This document shows positions 10,853 through 19,488 of a stretch of DNA of 64,000 bases, piece by piece. This stretch comes from an uncultured Microbacteriaceae bacterium. GTDB lineage: Bacteria > Actinomycetota > Actinomycetes > Actinomycetales > Microbacteriaceae. The stretch is taken from contig CAYGLJ010000002.1 of the NCBI GenBank assembly GCA_964350865.1, positions 2,276 to 66,275 of the forward strand, read 5' to 3'. The notes beneath the pieces were generated by a model. That model saw only the letters and a list, made by a program, of their open reading frames with translations, was not told the origin of the DNA and did not search any database. Each line of letters opens with the position of its first letter. Position 1 is the first letter of the stretch. Made by a program: the position numbers and the translations under genes.

Positions 10853-11670
10853 ACGCTCGCCGTCGGCCTGAGCTGTGGGGAGTTGTGAATACGACTCCCG
10901 ATTCGTTCAGCGATGGAGGCCTCTTCCACCAGGCTGATGCCGCAATTAGCCAGGGCCTGGCCCTCGTTGAGCAGGGTGCCTCCGTGATTGACGTGGGTGG
11001 TGAGTCGACCAGACCCGGAGCGAACCGTGTCACTCCCGAGGAAGAGGAACAGCGTGTCCTTCCCGTGGTGAAAGCTTTGGCGGAGGCGGGAGTTGTCGTC
11101 AGTGTTGACACCATGAGAGCGTCCACAGCCCGTAAGGCACTGGAGGCCGGTGCTCGCATCATCAATGACGTCTCAGGAGGACTTGCTGACCCTGACATGT
11201 TCTTCGTTGCGGCAGAGTCGGGTGTCGATTATGTGCTGATGCATTGGCGAGGACATAGCAACACCATGGACTCGCTGGCGCACTATGACGATGTTGTCCA
11301 TGACGTAGCTCACGAGATTCGGCTGCGAATGGAGGAGGCATTAGGGGCCGGAATCGACCCCTCTCACCTCCTGGTCGATCCAGGCCTCGGATTTGCGAAA
11401 ACTCCGGAGCACAATTGGTCTCTGCTGTCTCATCTGGATGAGCTGGTTCCTGGGGGTACGCGGCTTGTGGTCGGGGCGTCCAGGAAACGTTTCTTGGGTG
11501 AGCTTCTGCCGGGAGACCACGAACCAGCGCAGCGCGATGGTGTATCCGCTGCGTTGGGGGTGCTGCTGGCTGAAGCTCAAGTCTTTGCTCTCCGCGTTCA
11601 CAATGTGAGAGCGCACCGTGAGGCATTGGATGTCTGGCAGGCTTTTCACGAAGGGGGTCCTCGTGCATGA
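10849..11670 (+). CDS. folP: dihydropteroate synthase
   Basis: GVVNTTPDSFSDGG, IDVGGESTRPG, VSVDT and DPGLGFAK motifs. GTGA overlap with folE. Confidence 0.93.
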   Translation: MNARRRPELWGVVNTTPDSFSDGGLFHQADAAISQGLALVEQGASVIDVGGESTRPGANRVTPEEEEQRVLPVVKALAEAGVVVSVDTMRASTARKALEAGARIINDVSGGLADPDMFFVAAESGVDYVLMHWRGHSNTMDSLAHYDDVVHDVAHEIRLRMEEALGAGIDPSHLLVDPGLGFAKTPEHNWSLLSHLDELVPGGTRLVVGASRKRFLGELLPGDHEPAQRDGVSAALGVLLAEAQVFALRVHNVRAHREALDVWQAFHEGGPRA

Positions 11671-12031
11671 CGTGATCACGATTGAGGGAATTGAGGCCTT
11701 CGGCTATCACGGAGTTTTTCCCCAGGAGAAAAGAGAAGGTCAAACCTTCCTGGTGGATGTCGAAATCGAGACATCGTTCGACGAGGCCATTGCCCATGAC
11801 GACGTTGCCTTCACGGTGGACTATGGGGTAGTTGCAGATCGGGTCGCCACAATTATTCAAGGAGAGCCCGCCGACCTGATAGAGACCGTGTGTGATCGGA
11901 TTGTCACCATGGTGTTATCCCTCGAGCGCGTGAAGGCCACACGCGTCACCATTCATAAGCCCCAGGCTCCGATTGCGGTTCCCTTTGCCGGTGTCTCCGT
12001 GTCGAGGCGCCGAGAGGCGGAGGACAGATGA
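11663..12031 (+). CDS. folB: dihydroneopterin aldolase
   Basis: IEAFGYHGVFPQEKREGQ-F-VD motif. The start is assigned to GTG 11663 (or 11672); the track ORF from 11618 overlaps folP excessively. Confidence 0.85.
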   Translation: MHDVITIEGIEAFGYHGVFPQEKREGQTFLVDVEIETSFDEAIAHDDVAFTVDYGVVADRVATIIQGEPADLIETVCDRIVTMVLSLERVKATRVTIHKPQAPIAVPFAGVSVSRRREAEDR

Positions 12032-12525
12032 CCGAGGACACGTGGGTCGCGTGCGTCGTGGCCTTGGGCACAAATCTCGGCAACCGTGAAGACATCGCGT
12101 TTCGAGCAGTCTCAGACCTGGCAGCTACTGAGGGCTTCCGGGTGGCCGCCTCTTCCTCCCTCCATGAGACAGTGGCGCTTGGACCTGATGGCCCCAACCC
12201 GGATGCGCCCTCGTATGTGAACCAGGTAATCCTCCTCGATAGTGCCTGGTCAGCGGAGAAAACCCTCGAGCACTTGATGGATATCGAACGTCGGCACGGT
12301 CGCGAGCGCACCGGAGAGAAATATGCCGACCGAACTTTGGATCTGGACCTCATCGTCTACGGCGATCGTGTGAGCGATGATCCTTTTGTGACCACCCCCC
12401 ACCCCAGGGCGCACCAACGCAGGTTCGTCTTGGAACCGTGGCAGGAAATCGATGCCGACGCCACACTCCCTGGCCACGGGCCAATCTCGCAGCTCCTTGC
12501 GTCACTCCCGCCAGACCCGTCATGA
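12028..12525 (+). CDS. folK: 2-amino-4-hydroxy-6-hydroxymethyldihydropteridine diphosphokinase
   Basis: VALGTNLG...NQVILL...ERTLDLDLI...PHPRAHQRRFVLEP HPPK motifs. ATGA overlap with folB. Confidence 0.9.
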   Translation: MTEDTWVACVVALGTNLGNREDIAFRAVSDLAATEGFRVAASSSLHETVALGPDGPNPDAPSYVNQVILLDSAWSAEKTLEHLMDIERRHGRERTGEKYADRTLDLDLIVYGDRVSDDPFVTTPHPRAHQRRFVLEPWQEIDADATLPGHGPISQLLASLPPDPS

Positions 12526-13004
12526 GCCACACCTCGGCTATCGCTCTTCTGATCGGCGGTCTGATCGGAGGGGTACTGGGGTGGGCTGGAGAGTGGCTGC
12601 TGGTGACTTCAGGAACCCCTGCGCTAATTCCCCCCTACACCTGGGGTGCAGCGCTGGCGGCCCTGGGAGCGATTCTGTTGGCTTTGGCCTGGCCGATTCG
12701 GAGTCAGGTGAGAGCCGAGCGCTCTAAGCCCCCGGTCGATCCGTTCTATGCAACAAGAGTGGTTCTCCTGGCTAAGGCGGGTGCCTTGGCTGGCTCAGCA
12801 CTGAGTGGAATGGGTGTGGGTTTTGCGGTGTTCTTTGCCAGTCGGCCGGTTCTTCTAGCGGAAACGCTCGTGCCCACGATCGTCGCGATTGTGGGCGCCG
12901 TAGTGTTGACGGTGGGCGCTCTGATCGCCGAACGGTGGTGCACCCTCCCGCCCGACTCACCAGACGGCGGAGCTGACGTGGTGCCGGAAGGAGAACTGTC
13001 ATGA
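12522..13004 (+). CDS. DUF3180-like integral membrane protein (Rv3605c position)
   Basis: Four predicted TM helices. ATGA overlaps with folK upstream and the PH-domain gene downstream. The track ORF from 12438 is taken as an over-extension. Confidence 0.6.
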   Translation: MSHTSAIALLIGGLIGGVLGWAGEWLLVTSGTPALIPPYTWGAALAALGAILLALAWPIRSQVRAERSKPPVDPFYATRVVLLAKAGALAGSALSGMGVGFAVFFASRPVLLAETLVPTIVAIVGAVVLTVGALIAERWCTLPPDSPDGGADVVPEGELS

Positions 13005-13483
13005 GTGTCGAGGAAACAGTGTGGGAACGGATCAGTCCGCGCTACAAGGTGGAGGTACTAGTCCAGACTGTGGGCGGATCACTTGTCCCAATTGCCGTGT
13101 CGAGCGTTCCCCTGTGGGTCAGTGACTCCTCCGTCACGTGGGCATCGTGGTATCCACTCGCCCTTGCTCTCGCCGTCGTGGTGACCATCATTGGCTTTAT
13201 CCCTCGGAGGGTGAGGGCTTATGGCTATGCGCTCCGGGCTGATGACCTGGTTTTCCGTCGAGGAATAATTTTCCAGCGTCAGGTGGCAGTTCCCTATGGA
13301 CGCTTGCAGCTGGTCGATGTCACGCGGGGTCCTCTTTCGCGCCTACTAGGCCTCTCGGAGCTGAAGCTCGTCACGGCGGCAGCATCAACGGGAGTGACCA
13401 TCCCGGGGCTTCCCTTGCCTGTAGCTGAGGAACTCCGAGACCGTTTGATCGCGGTGGCGGAGACCCGCCGGGCAGGCCTCTAG
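13001..13483 (+). CDS. membrane-anchored bacterial PH-domain (bPH_2, YdbS-like) protein
   Basis: Two TM segments, then YALRADDLVFRRGIIFQRQVAVPYGRLQLVDVTRGPLSRLLGLSELKL, typical of bPH_2. Confidence 0.7.
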   Translation: MSVEETVWERISPRYKVEVLVQTVGGSLVPIAVSSVPLWVSDSSVTWASWYPLALALAVVVTIIGFIPRRVRAYGYALRADDLVFRRGIIFQRQVAVPYGRLQLVDVTRGPLSRLLGLSELKLVTAAASTGVTIPGLPLPVAEELRDRLIAVAETRRAGL

Positions 13484-13485
13484 CG

Positions 13486-14973
13486 ATGCCAGTTGCGGTA
13501 CTGCGCAGCGCCGCTGATCTGCGGGGCGGGGAGTGGTTTCGGTTACACCCGTTGACACCCTTGCTTCAAGGCGGGGTGGTGTTGGTGGGCCTCCTTGGTG
13601 CAGGGTTTGCGGCACTCTGGGAAACGGTTATCTTGCGCGCGATTCTCCAGTTTGCAGGTGTGGAGGATGATGACGAGGGCAGTGGACTTGCCTTTCTGAT
13701 CGCCGACTCGCTGGCCCTGATTTTTCTGGGCGCCATTGTCGTCGTCGTGGTGTCCGCGCTGGTTTTTTGGCTCCAATGGCGAGTCCACCTGGTTCGCATG
13801 GATGACGACGTCCTCGAGGTCAAAAAGGGCATCATTGCAAAATCGTCCCGCCGAGCCCGGCGAGACCGCATCAACACGATTGGTGTGAGGCGCCCACTCG
13901 TTCCTCGCCTGTTGGGGCTGGCAAAGCTTGATATTCAGGCCGCCGGCAACGATGCCAATGTCGTCCTCGCATACCTCCCCTACAGTGTGGCGACAGCGGT
14001 TCGTCGAGAAATTTTGCAGACACCCGGGCGCCGCGATGATGACAGTGAGCCTGATCCTCAGGTCATCACTCGCGAACTCGAGGTGTCCCTCTTTCGCTAC
14101 CTCGCCTCGTTAGTCGTGAGTGTGGAAACAGTGTTCTTTGGCGCGGGCTTCATTGCGGTGGTATTCGGAGCGGTGACCACGGACGAGCTCGCCGCCTGGT
14201 TGGGCCCGATTGCGGTGGTCTTTGGTTATGTCGTCTATCTGGCGGACCGGTTTTTCCGGGTAGGGAACTTTGTCATCGACTCGATCGAGGGTGACGTGCG
14301 AGTCTCGTTGGGATTGCTCTCCACCAGCGTGGAAACCATTCCTCCCGCCCGGATACATGCCCTCCAAATTTCACAGCCATGGCCGTGGAAGTTCTTGGGA
14401 TGGTGGAGGGTTGATGCAAACCTCGCGTCCTCGCCGGGCTCTGCGAACAAGAAGACTCCCGCCCATACTTTGTTGCTTCCTGTTGCCACCAAAGATGAGA
14501 TGGTGCGGATGGTCGAGCTCTGTGTCCCGAGCCTTCGCGAAGAATCTGCGATGGCTCAGGTCACCACCCTTCTCCAAGAGCCCCACACCCGGTGGATAGA
14601 GGGGGGCCTGGAGGAGCAGTCTCATGTGAGGGCACCCGAGCGGGCACGCCTTCGGATTCCGCTGAGCTACGGCGTGACCGGAAGCGCGGTGGTTCGAGGG
14701 GTTGTCGCACTGCGTTCTGGCCGATGGATTACCAAGCTGGCCTTGGTTCCTCTGGCTCGAATCCAAAGCTCGAGCGTTTCTCAAGGCCCTTGGCACCGCG
14801 CTCTGGGTCTGTCCGTTTTTGCCGTGGAGAGCGTGGAGGGACCCGTATCGACTCGCGTCCTTGGGCTTGACACCCAGGACGCTAAAAGATGGTGGGACAC
14901 TGTTCATGCGTTGACCGTGGGCGCCATTGGAGACACGACGACGAAGCGCCGACAGCGAAGGAAACCAGCGTGA
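13486..14973 (+). CDS. membrane protein with repeated bacterial PH domains (YdbT-like)
   Basis: 495 aa with several TM pairs, each followed by a bPH_2-like block (for example VEVKKGIIAKSSRRARRDRINTIGVRRPLVPRLLGLAKLDIQ). Starts 3 nt after the preceding gene. Confidence 0.7.
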   Translation: MPVAVLRSAADLRGGEWFRLHPLTPLLQGGVVLVGLLGAGFAALWETVILRAILQFAGVEDDDEGSGLAFLIADSLALIFLGAIVVVVVSALVFWLQWRVHLVRMDDDVLEVKKGIIAKSSRRARRDRINTIGVRRPLVPRLLGLAKLDIQAAGNDANVVLAYLPYSVATAVRREILQTPGRRDDDSEPDPQVITRELEVSLFRYLASLVVSVETVFFGAGFIAVVFGAVTTDELAAWLGPIAVVFGYVVYLADRFFRVGNFVIDSIEGDVRVSLGLLSTSVETIPPARIHALQISQPWPWKFLGWWRVDANLASSPGSANKKTPAHTLLLPVATKDEMVRMVELCVPSLREESAMAQVTTLLQEPHTRWIEGGLEEQSHVRAPERARLRIPLSYGVTGSAVVRGVVALRSGRWITKLALVPLARIQSSSVSQGPWHRALGLSVFAVESVEGPVSTRVLGLDTQDAKRWWDTVHALTVGAIGDTTTKRRQRRKPA

Positions 14974-15677
14974 ATTCCACGAGGCTCGGGGTGGGCATTA
15001 TTGGTGCCGGTCGCGTGGGTCCTCTGATTGCCGCAGCTCTGTCCCGAGCTGGACACGCTCTGGTCGGGATTACTTCGCCCTCAGAGAGCGAGCGGGAGCG
15101 GATCGAGGCGATTCTCCCGGGAGTGGTTTATGCCGATCCGTTGCAGATTATTGAGCGCAGCGAGTTGGTCGTGGTGGCTCTTCCCGACCAGGACCTGCCG
15201 GGGTTCATTGAGGGCATCAGCCTGCAGAATGCGTGGAACACGGGGCAACTGGTGTTACACACCTCGATTACTCATGGTCTCGATGTGTTGGATAGCGCCA
15301 GGGCTCAAGGAGCAATTCCCTTGGCGCTCCATCCCTTGATGGAGTTCACTGGTACGAGCATGGATCTCTCCAGAATGTCCGGAGCGTGGTGTGTGATCAG
15401 CGCACCAGCCGTTGCCGAGCCCATTGCGAGCGCACTCGCGGTGGAAATGGGAATGGAGCCTCTGGTTGTGGCTGAGGACAAGCGAGCGGACGTTGCCTCC
15501 GCCATCGCTTTGGCCACGAGCTTTTCCCACACCACCATTCACGAAGCTGCCAGCCGTCTGAAAGCCGCGGGTATTGATAATCCTGGTGTGGTCATGCACC
15601 CTCTCGTGACCTCGAGTATCGAGAATGCTCTCCGGTTGTTTGCCGGAAACGAGCGTGAGCTCGGAGGAGAGGCTTAA
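14970..15677 (+). CDS. Rossmann-fold/DUF2520-like oxidoreductase (possible ketopantoate-reductase-type partner of panC)
   Basis: GIIGAGRVG dinucleotide motif. GTGA overlap with the upstream gene and 1-nt overlap with panC. The track ORF from 14889 is taken as an over-extension. Confidence 0.6.
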   Translation: MNSTRLGVGIIGAGRVGPLIAAALSRAGHALVGITSPSESERERIEAILPGVVYADPLQIIERSELVVVALPDQDLPGFIEGISLQNAWNTGQLVLHTSITHGLDVLDSARAQGAIPLALHPLMEFTGTSMDLSRMSGAWCVISAPAVAEPIASALAVEMGMEPLVVAEDKRADVASAIALATSFSHTTIHEAASRLKAAGIDNPGVVMHPLVTSSIENALRLFAGNERELGGEA

Positions 15678-16528
15678 TGCCGGCCATTGTCCACTCGCTC
15701 GAGGAGCTCCACGGCATTCGTGAGTCCTGGAGACGCGCAGGAGAGTCCGTTGCCCTCGTTCCCACGATGGGTTCCCTGCATGAGGGCCATAAGGCGCTCG
15801 TGCAGGAGGCAACTCGTCACGCGGATCGATGCGTGGTCAGTATTTTTGTGAATCCATTGCAATTTGGTGCAGGGGAAGACTTTGAGGAATATCCGCGCAC
15901 GCTTCTCGCCGATGAGGCGTTTCTTGCGGACACCCTGGTGGACGTGATTTTTGCCCCCAGTGTTGAGGTTATGTATCCAGAGGGGCTAGACGCCGCACCC
16001 ACCTTGAGCGCCGGCCCGATCGGTGACACGTTTGAGGGAGCCTCCCGACCAGGACACTTTGATGGTGTGCTCACGGTGGTAAAGCGACTGTTCGATTATG
16101 TAAATCCCGAGGTGGCTGTCTTTGGCGCTAAAGACGCCCAACAGGTGTTTCTGGTCCAGCAGATGGTGCAGGATCAGAAGCTTCCGCTTCGCATAGTGGA
16201 GGTAGACACAGTTCGCGATTCTTTCGGCCTGGCACTTTCCAGTCGAAACGTCCAGCTAAGTGAGGCGGCTCGGGCTCAGGCGCTTGAGATTCCCAGGGCA
16301 CTGGACGAGGCATCTCACCAACCCAGCGCCCAGGACGCCCGCAATCGCGCGAGAGCGATCCTGGAGAGCGCCCCAGGCGTGAGTGTTGACTACGTCGAGG
16401 TGGTACATCCAGAAACTTTCCAGCCCCGGGGTGATGGCGAGCCGAGGGAGCAAGTCCGACTGATTGTGGCAGCCACCATTGGTGGCGTGCGGCTGATAGA
16501 CAACAAGCTTCTGCACTTTGGTCAGTAG
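15677..16528 (+). CDS. panC: pantoate--beta-alanine ligase
   Basis: PTMGSLHEGHKAL (HxGH), VSIFVNPLQF and FGAKDAQQ motifs. Confidence 0.93.
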   Translation: MPAIVHSLEELHGIRESWRRAGESVALVPTMGSLHEGHKALVQEATRHADRCVVSIFVNPLQFGAGEDFEEYPRTLLADEAFLADTLVDVIFAPSVEVMYPEGLDAAPTLSAGPIGDTFEGASRPGHFDGVLTVVKRLFDYVNPEVAVFGAKDAQQVFLVQQMVQDQKLPLRIVEVDTVRDSFGLALSSRNVQLSEAARAQALEIPRALDEASHQPSAQDARNRARAILESAPGVSVDYVEVVHPETFQPRGDGEPREQVRLIVAATIGGVRLIDNKLLHFGQ

Positions 16529-16569
16529 GCTAACGGGGTACAGCGCCCCCACGCAGGAATTTCACACTC

Positions 16570-18072
16570 ATGACTGATGCCCCCCACGTCGAGCCAGACG
16601 CCGAGGATATTGACGAACAACATGCCGTTCGTTTGGGCAAGCGTGAGCAGATGCTGGCCGCGGGGCTCGAGCCTTTTCCCGTCTCGGTCCCGGTAACGAC
16701 CACCATCTCTGCTGTTCGGCAGGCGCACCCTGATCTGGAGCCCGAGGCAACAACTGGCGAAGTTGTAGGAATTGCTGGGCGGGTGGTCCACATGAGGGTC
16801 ACCGGAAAGCTTGCCTTCCTATCCCTGCAAGAGGGATCTGGTGAGCGCCTCCAAGCCATGGTGTCCTTTGGCGAGGTGGGAGAGGAGTCCTTCGAGCTCC
16901 TCAAAGACCTCGTTGATCTCGGTGATCATGTCTTTGTGTCAGGCGAAGTTATTGCCTCCAAACGCGGTGAGCTCTCCATCATGGTGTCTCAGTGGGCCAT
17001 TGCCGCCAAAGCACTGATGCCACTGCCCAACCTGCACAGCGAGCTCAATGAAGAAACCCGAGTTCGCCAGCGCTACCTAGACCTGATCGTGCGTGACCAA
17101 GCTCGTGAGACGGTGCGTGCCCGAGCACAGGTCAACGCCTCCCTTCGCGCCACATTTGGTGAGCACGGTTACCTGGAGGTGGAAACACCGATGCTTCAGG
17201 TTCAGCATGGCGGGGCTTCCGCGCGACCGTTCATCACTCACTCGAACGCGTTTAGTACTGACCTGTTCCTGCGGATTGCTCCTGAGCTCTACCTCAAGCG
17301 CGCGGTTGTTGGTGGCATCGAGCGAGTGTTTGAAATCAACCGAAACTTCCGCAACGAAGGCGCTGACTCTACTCACAGCCCTGAATTCGCGATGCTCGAG
17401 GCCTATCAGGCCTACGGGGATTACCACCAGATGGCGGATCTCACCCAGGAGCTCGTTCAGAAGGCGGCGCTTGCCGTGGCGGGAACCACCACAGTCACCT
17501 GGGCTGATGGGACTGAGTATGACGTGGGTGGACAGTGGGATCGCCTGAGTCTGTATGACAGCCTCAGCGACGCCAGTGGCACACGCATAACCCCCGAGAC
17601 CTCACTGACCGACCTGGAGTCGATGGCACAGAAAGTGGGGATTGAGGTTGCTCAGCCAACCCCCGGTAAGTATGTCGAGGAGCTGTGGGAACACTTCGTC
17701 AAGGAGTCCTTGACGACCCCCACATTTGTGATGGATTACCCCCTAGACACCTCTCCCCTCGTCCGCGCTCACCGCTCCATTCCCGGTGTTGTGGAGAAGT
17801 GGGATTTGTATGTTCGCGGCTTTGAGTTGGCGACCGGATATTCCGAACTCGTCGACCCCGTTATTCAGCGTGAGCGGTTCGTCGAGCAGGCAAAGCTTGG
17901 TGCCAAGGGCGACCTTGAGGCGATGAAGGTTGATGAAGACTTCCTCCGCGCCCTCGAGCACGGCATGCCCCCCACAGGAGGAATGGGAATGGGAATTGAT
18001 CGCCTCTTAATGGCGATTACTGGTCTCGGAATTCGCGAGACGGTCCTGTTCCCGCTGGTGAAATCGACCTAG
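16570..18072 (+). CDS. lysS: lysine--tRNA ligase (class II)
   Basis: OB anticodon-binding domain followed by class II motifs FRNEG and GGMGMGIDRLLM. 500 aa. Confidence 0.95.
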   Translation: MTDAPHVEPDAEDIDEQHAVRLGKREQMLAAGLEPFPVSVPVTTTISAVRQAHPDLEPEATTGEVVGIAGRVVHMRVTGKLAFLSLQEGSGERLQAMVSFGEVGEESFELLKDLVDLGDHVFVSGEVIASKRGELSIMVSQWAIAAKALMPLPNLHSELNEETRVRQRYLDLIVRDQARETVRARAQVNASLRATFGEHGYLEVETPMLQVQHGGASARPFITHSNAFSTDLFLRIAPELYLKRAVVGGIERVFEINRNFRNEGADSTHSPEFAMLEAYQAYGDYHQMADLTQELVQKAALAVAGTTTVTWADGTEYDVGGQWDRLSLYDSLSDASGTRITPETSLTDLESMAQKVGIEVAQPTPGKYVEELWEHFVKESLTTPTFVMDYPLDTSPLVRAHRSIPGVVEKWDLYVRGFELATGYSELVDPVIQRERFVEQAKLGAKGDLEAMKVDEDFLRALEHGMPPTGGMGMGIDRLLMAITGLGIRETVLFPLVKST

Positions 18073-18245
18073 TCGTCGACGGGTAAACCACGCTTAGCGC
18101 GCTCTTCACGCTCGAGCTTTTTGTATGACTCTCGCTCGCCACGATCGGCAGAGAGAATCGCGCGCATGATGAACCAGAAGATCAGGCCAATCAGGATGGT
18201 GGGCGTCACGGAGAACAGTGCGTTGGCCCAAAAGTTTTCAATCAT
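18069..18245 (-). CDS. unannotated 58-aa single-TM micro-protein (below the ORF-track cutoff)
   Basis: Own translation: MIENFWANALFSVTPTILIGLIFWFIMRAILSADRGERESYKKLEREERAKRGLPVDD. AGGA lies 8-11 nt upstream of the ATG and third-position G/C bias resembles neighbouring genes. The stop overlaps the lysS stop (CTAG). Confidence 0.4.
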   Translation of the reverse strand: MIENFWANALFSVTPTILIGLIFWFIMRAILSADRGERESYKKLEREERAKRGLPVDD

Positions 18246-18254
18246 CCTGTTGTC

Positions 18255-18362
18255 CTAGCTCAGAAGTGCGCCAAGGGCGACGGTCACGGCAAGACCGGCC
18301 ATCATAATCAGAAGACCCACCCTGGCTGGGGGGAATGCAGATTTTTTGGGCGGCGCTCCCAT
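18255..18362 (-). CDS. unannotated 35-aa single-TM micro-protein (below the ORF-track cutoff)
   Basis: Own translation: MGAPPKKSAFPPARVGLLIMMAGLAVTVALGALLS. It lies 37 nt downstream of the pirin stop and 9 nt upstream of the 58-aa ORF. The SD is weak. Confidence 0.3.
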   Translation of the reverse strand: MGAPPKKSAFPPARVGLLIMMAGLAVTVALGALLS

Positions 18363-18399
18363 GCCATCAGCTTAGGACCGGAACTTTAGGGTTCGCTGT

Positions 18400-19371
18400 C
18401 TATCGAGTGAGCCTGGCCTTGAGGCGAACGTGGGGCATCTCGGGAGCGGGAAGGGGATCCATATGCTCTAAGTGTCCGTAACGAGGCGACCCGACCTCTA
18501 GCCCCGATTGCCAGTCTTTCCGGAACTCTTCAATTTCCTCGTGCGTTCGACCGATGAAGTTCCACCACATGACAATCGGTTCATCGAAGGGTTCCCCTCC
18601 GATGAGAACGCCCCGGAACTGCTGCGAACCGTGGTTGGTCACGCTCAGGGAATCGGGACCAGCAGGAAAGTAGCCGAGGTGGTGGCGGTCGAGTGTTGTC
18701 TCGCCCACGGTCACGCTCCCGGTGTCACCCAGTAGACCGTGCTCGAAGTTCCTGTCCACGCTGAGCTGCATTGTTCCGCCGGGCGGAAGAGTGATTTCTG
18801 CAGCGACCAAGGGTGAATAGGTGGGCACTTTGGCAGTGCCGAAGCCCTCTAAGGACCCCAGGAAGAGACGCAGTGTGCCATCCCCCACGGGTTGGGCTGT
18901 GGTGGTGAGCGAATCGAAATGAGGATTCTGAAACCGATGCTCATCCGGTAGAGCGACCCACAGTTGAATACCGTGCAGAGTGGTGGATGTTGGGTCAGAG
19001 ATTTCTGAGTGCTGGATTCCCGATCCCGCCGTCATCAGGTTCATCGACCCAGGGGTAATGGTGGCGAAGCCCCCGGTGGAATCTTTGTGCTCGATTGCAC
19101 CCTCAAAAAGCCACGTGACGGTTTGCAGTCCCGTGTGGGGGTGTGGAGGGACCACCATGCCGCCGGTCTCCGACACGGAGTGAGGGCCGAAATGGTCAAG
19201 AAAACACCAGGGACCAATCGTGGTTCGTGACCTGTGGGGCAAGACGCGGCGCACCGTCATGGCTCGCACGCCGCCCAGCGGAACTTCGCGAGGTCCGAGG
19301 ATTTCTGTCATGGCAGAAGACGTAACGCCGATTCGCTCCTCAGAATTCCAGGAGGTGTCCGCTCGGGTCAT
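18400..19371 (-). CDS. pirin-family (bicupin) protein
   Basis: Cupin metal motif PHPHTGLQTVTWLFEG..H.DS and a second cupin half. The true start may be the Met at 19311. Confidence 0.85.
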   Translation of the reverse strand: MTRADTSWNSEERIGVTSSAMTEILGPREVPLGGVRAMTVRRVLPHRSRTTIGPWCFLDHFGPHSVSETGGMVVPPHPHTGLQTVTWLFEGAIEHKDSTGGFATITPGSMNLMTAGSGIQHSEISDPTSTTLHGIQLWVALPDEHRFQNPHFDSLTTTAQPVGDGTLRLFLGSLEGFGTAKVPTYSPLVAAEITLPPGGTMQLSVDRNFEHGLLGDTGSVTVGETTLDRHHLGYFPAGPDSLSVTNHGSQQFRGVLIGGEPFDEPIVMWWNFIGRTHEEIEEFRKDWQSGLEVGSPRYGHLEHMDPLPAPEMPHVRLKARLTR

Positions 19372-19488
19372 ACCCGTCAGGGTAACCCCTCACGCTAGGG
19401 GCGAACACCGCCCCACGGACGAGGGTGAGCGCTTATTCTCGTGTTCACGAGCATTGGCGAGGGCTCTCGCCGTAAAGGAGTGATGAAG

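Noticed and set aside
10503-11198. 231-aa minus-strand ORF. The ORFs at 44315-44965, 41500-42147, 45826-46434, 21253-21876, 19981-20589 and 5062-5676 are similar cases.
   Set aside because: All are antisense to confidently identified genes (folE/folP, pstB, pstS, kynU, clpC and the M23 peptidase) and lack any recognisable motif.
19456-19471. Inverted repeat ggcgag-ggct-ctcgcc upstream of clpC, considered as a possible ClgR operator.
   Set aside because: It does not match my recollection of ClgR-type motifs (CGC-N5-GCG within a longer consensus). It is short and GC-rich, so it could equally be a chance leader hairpin.
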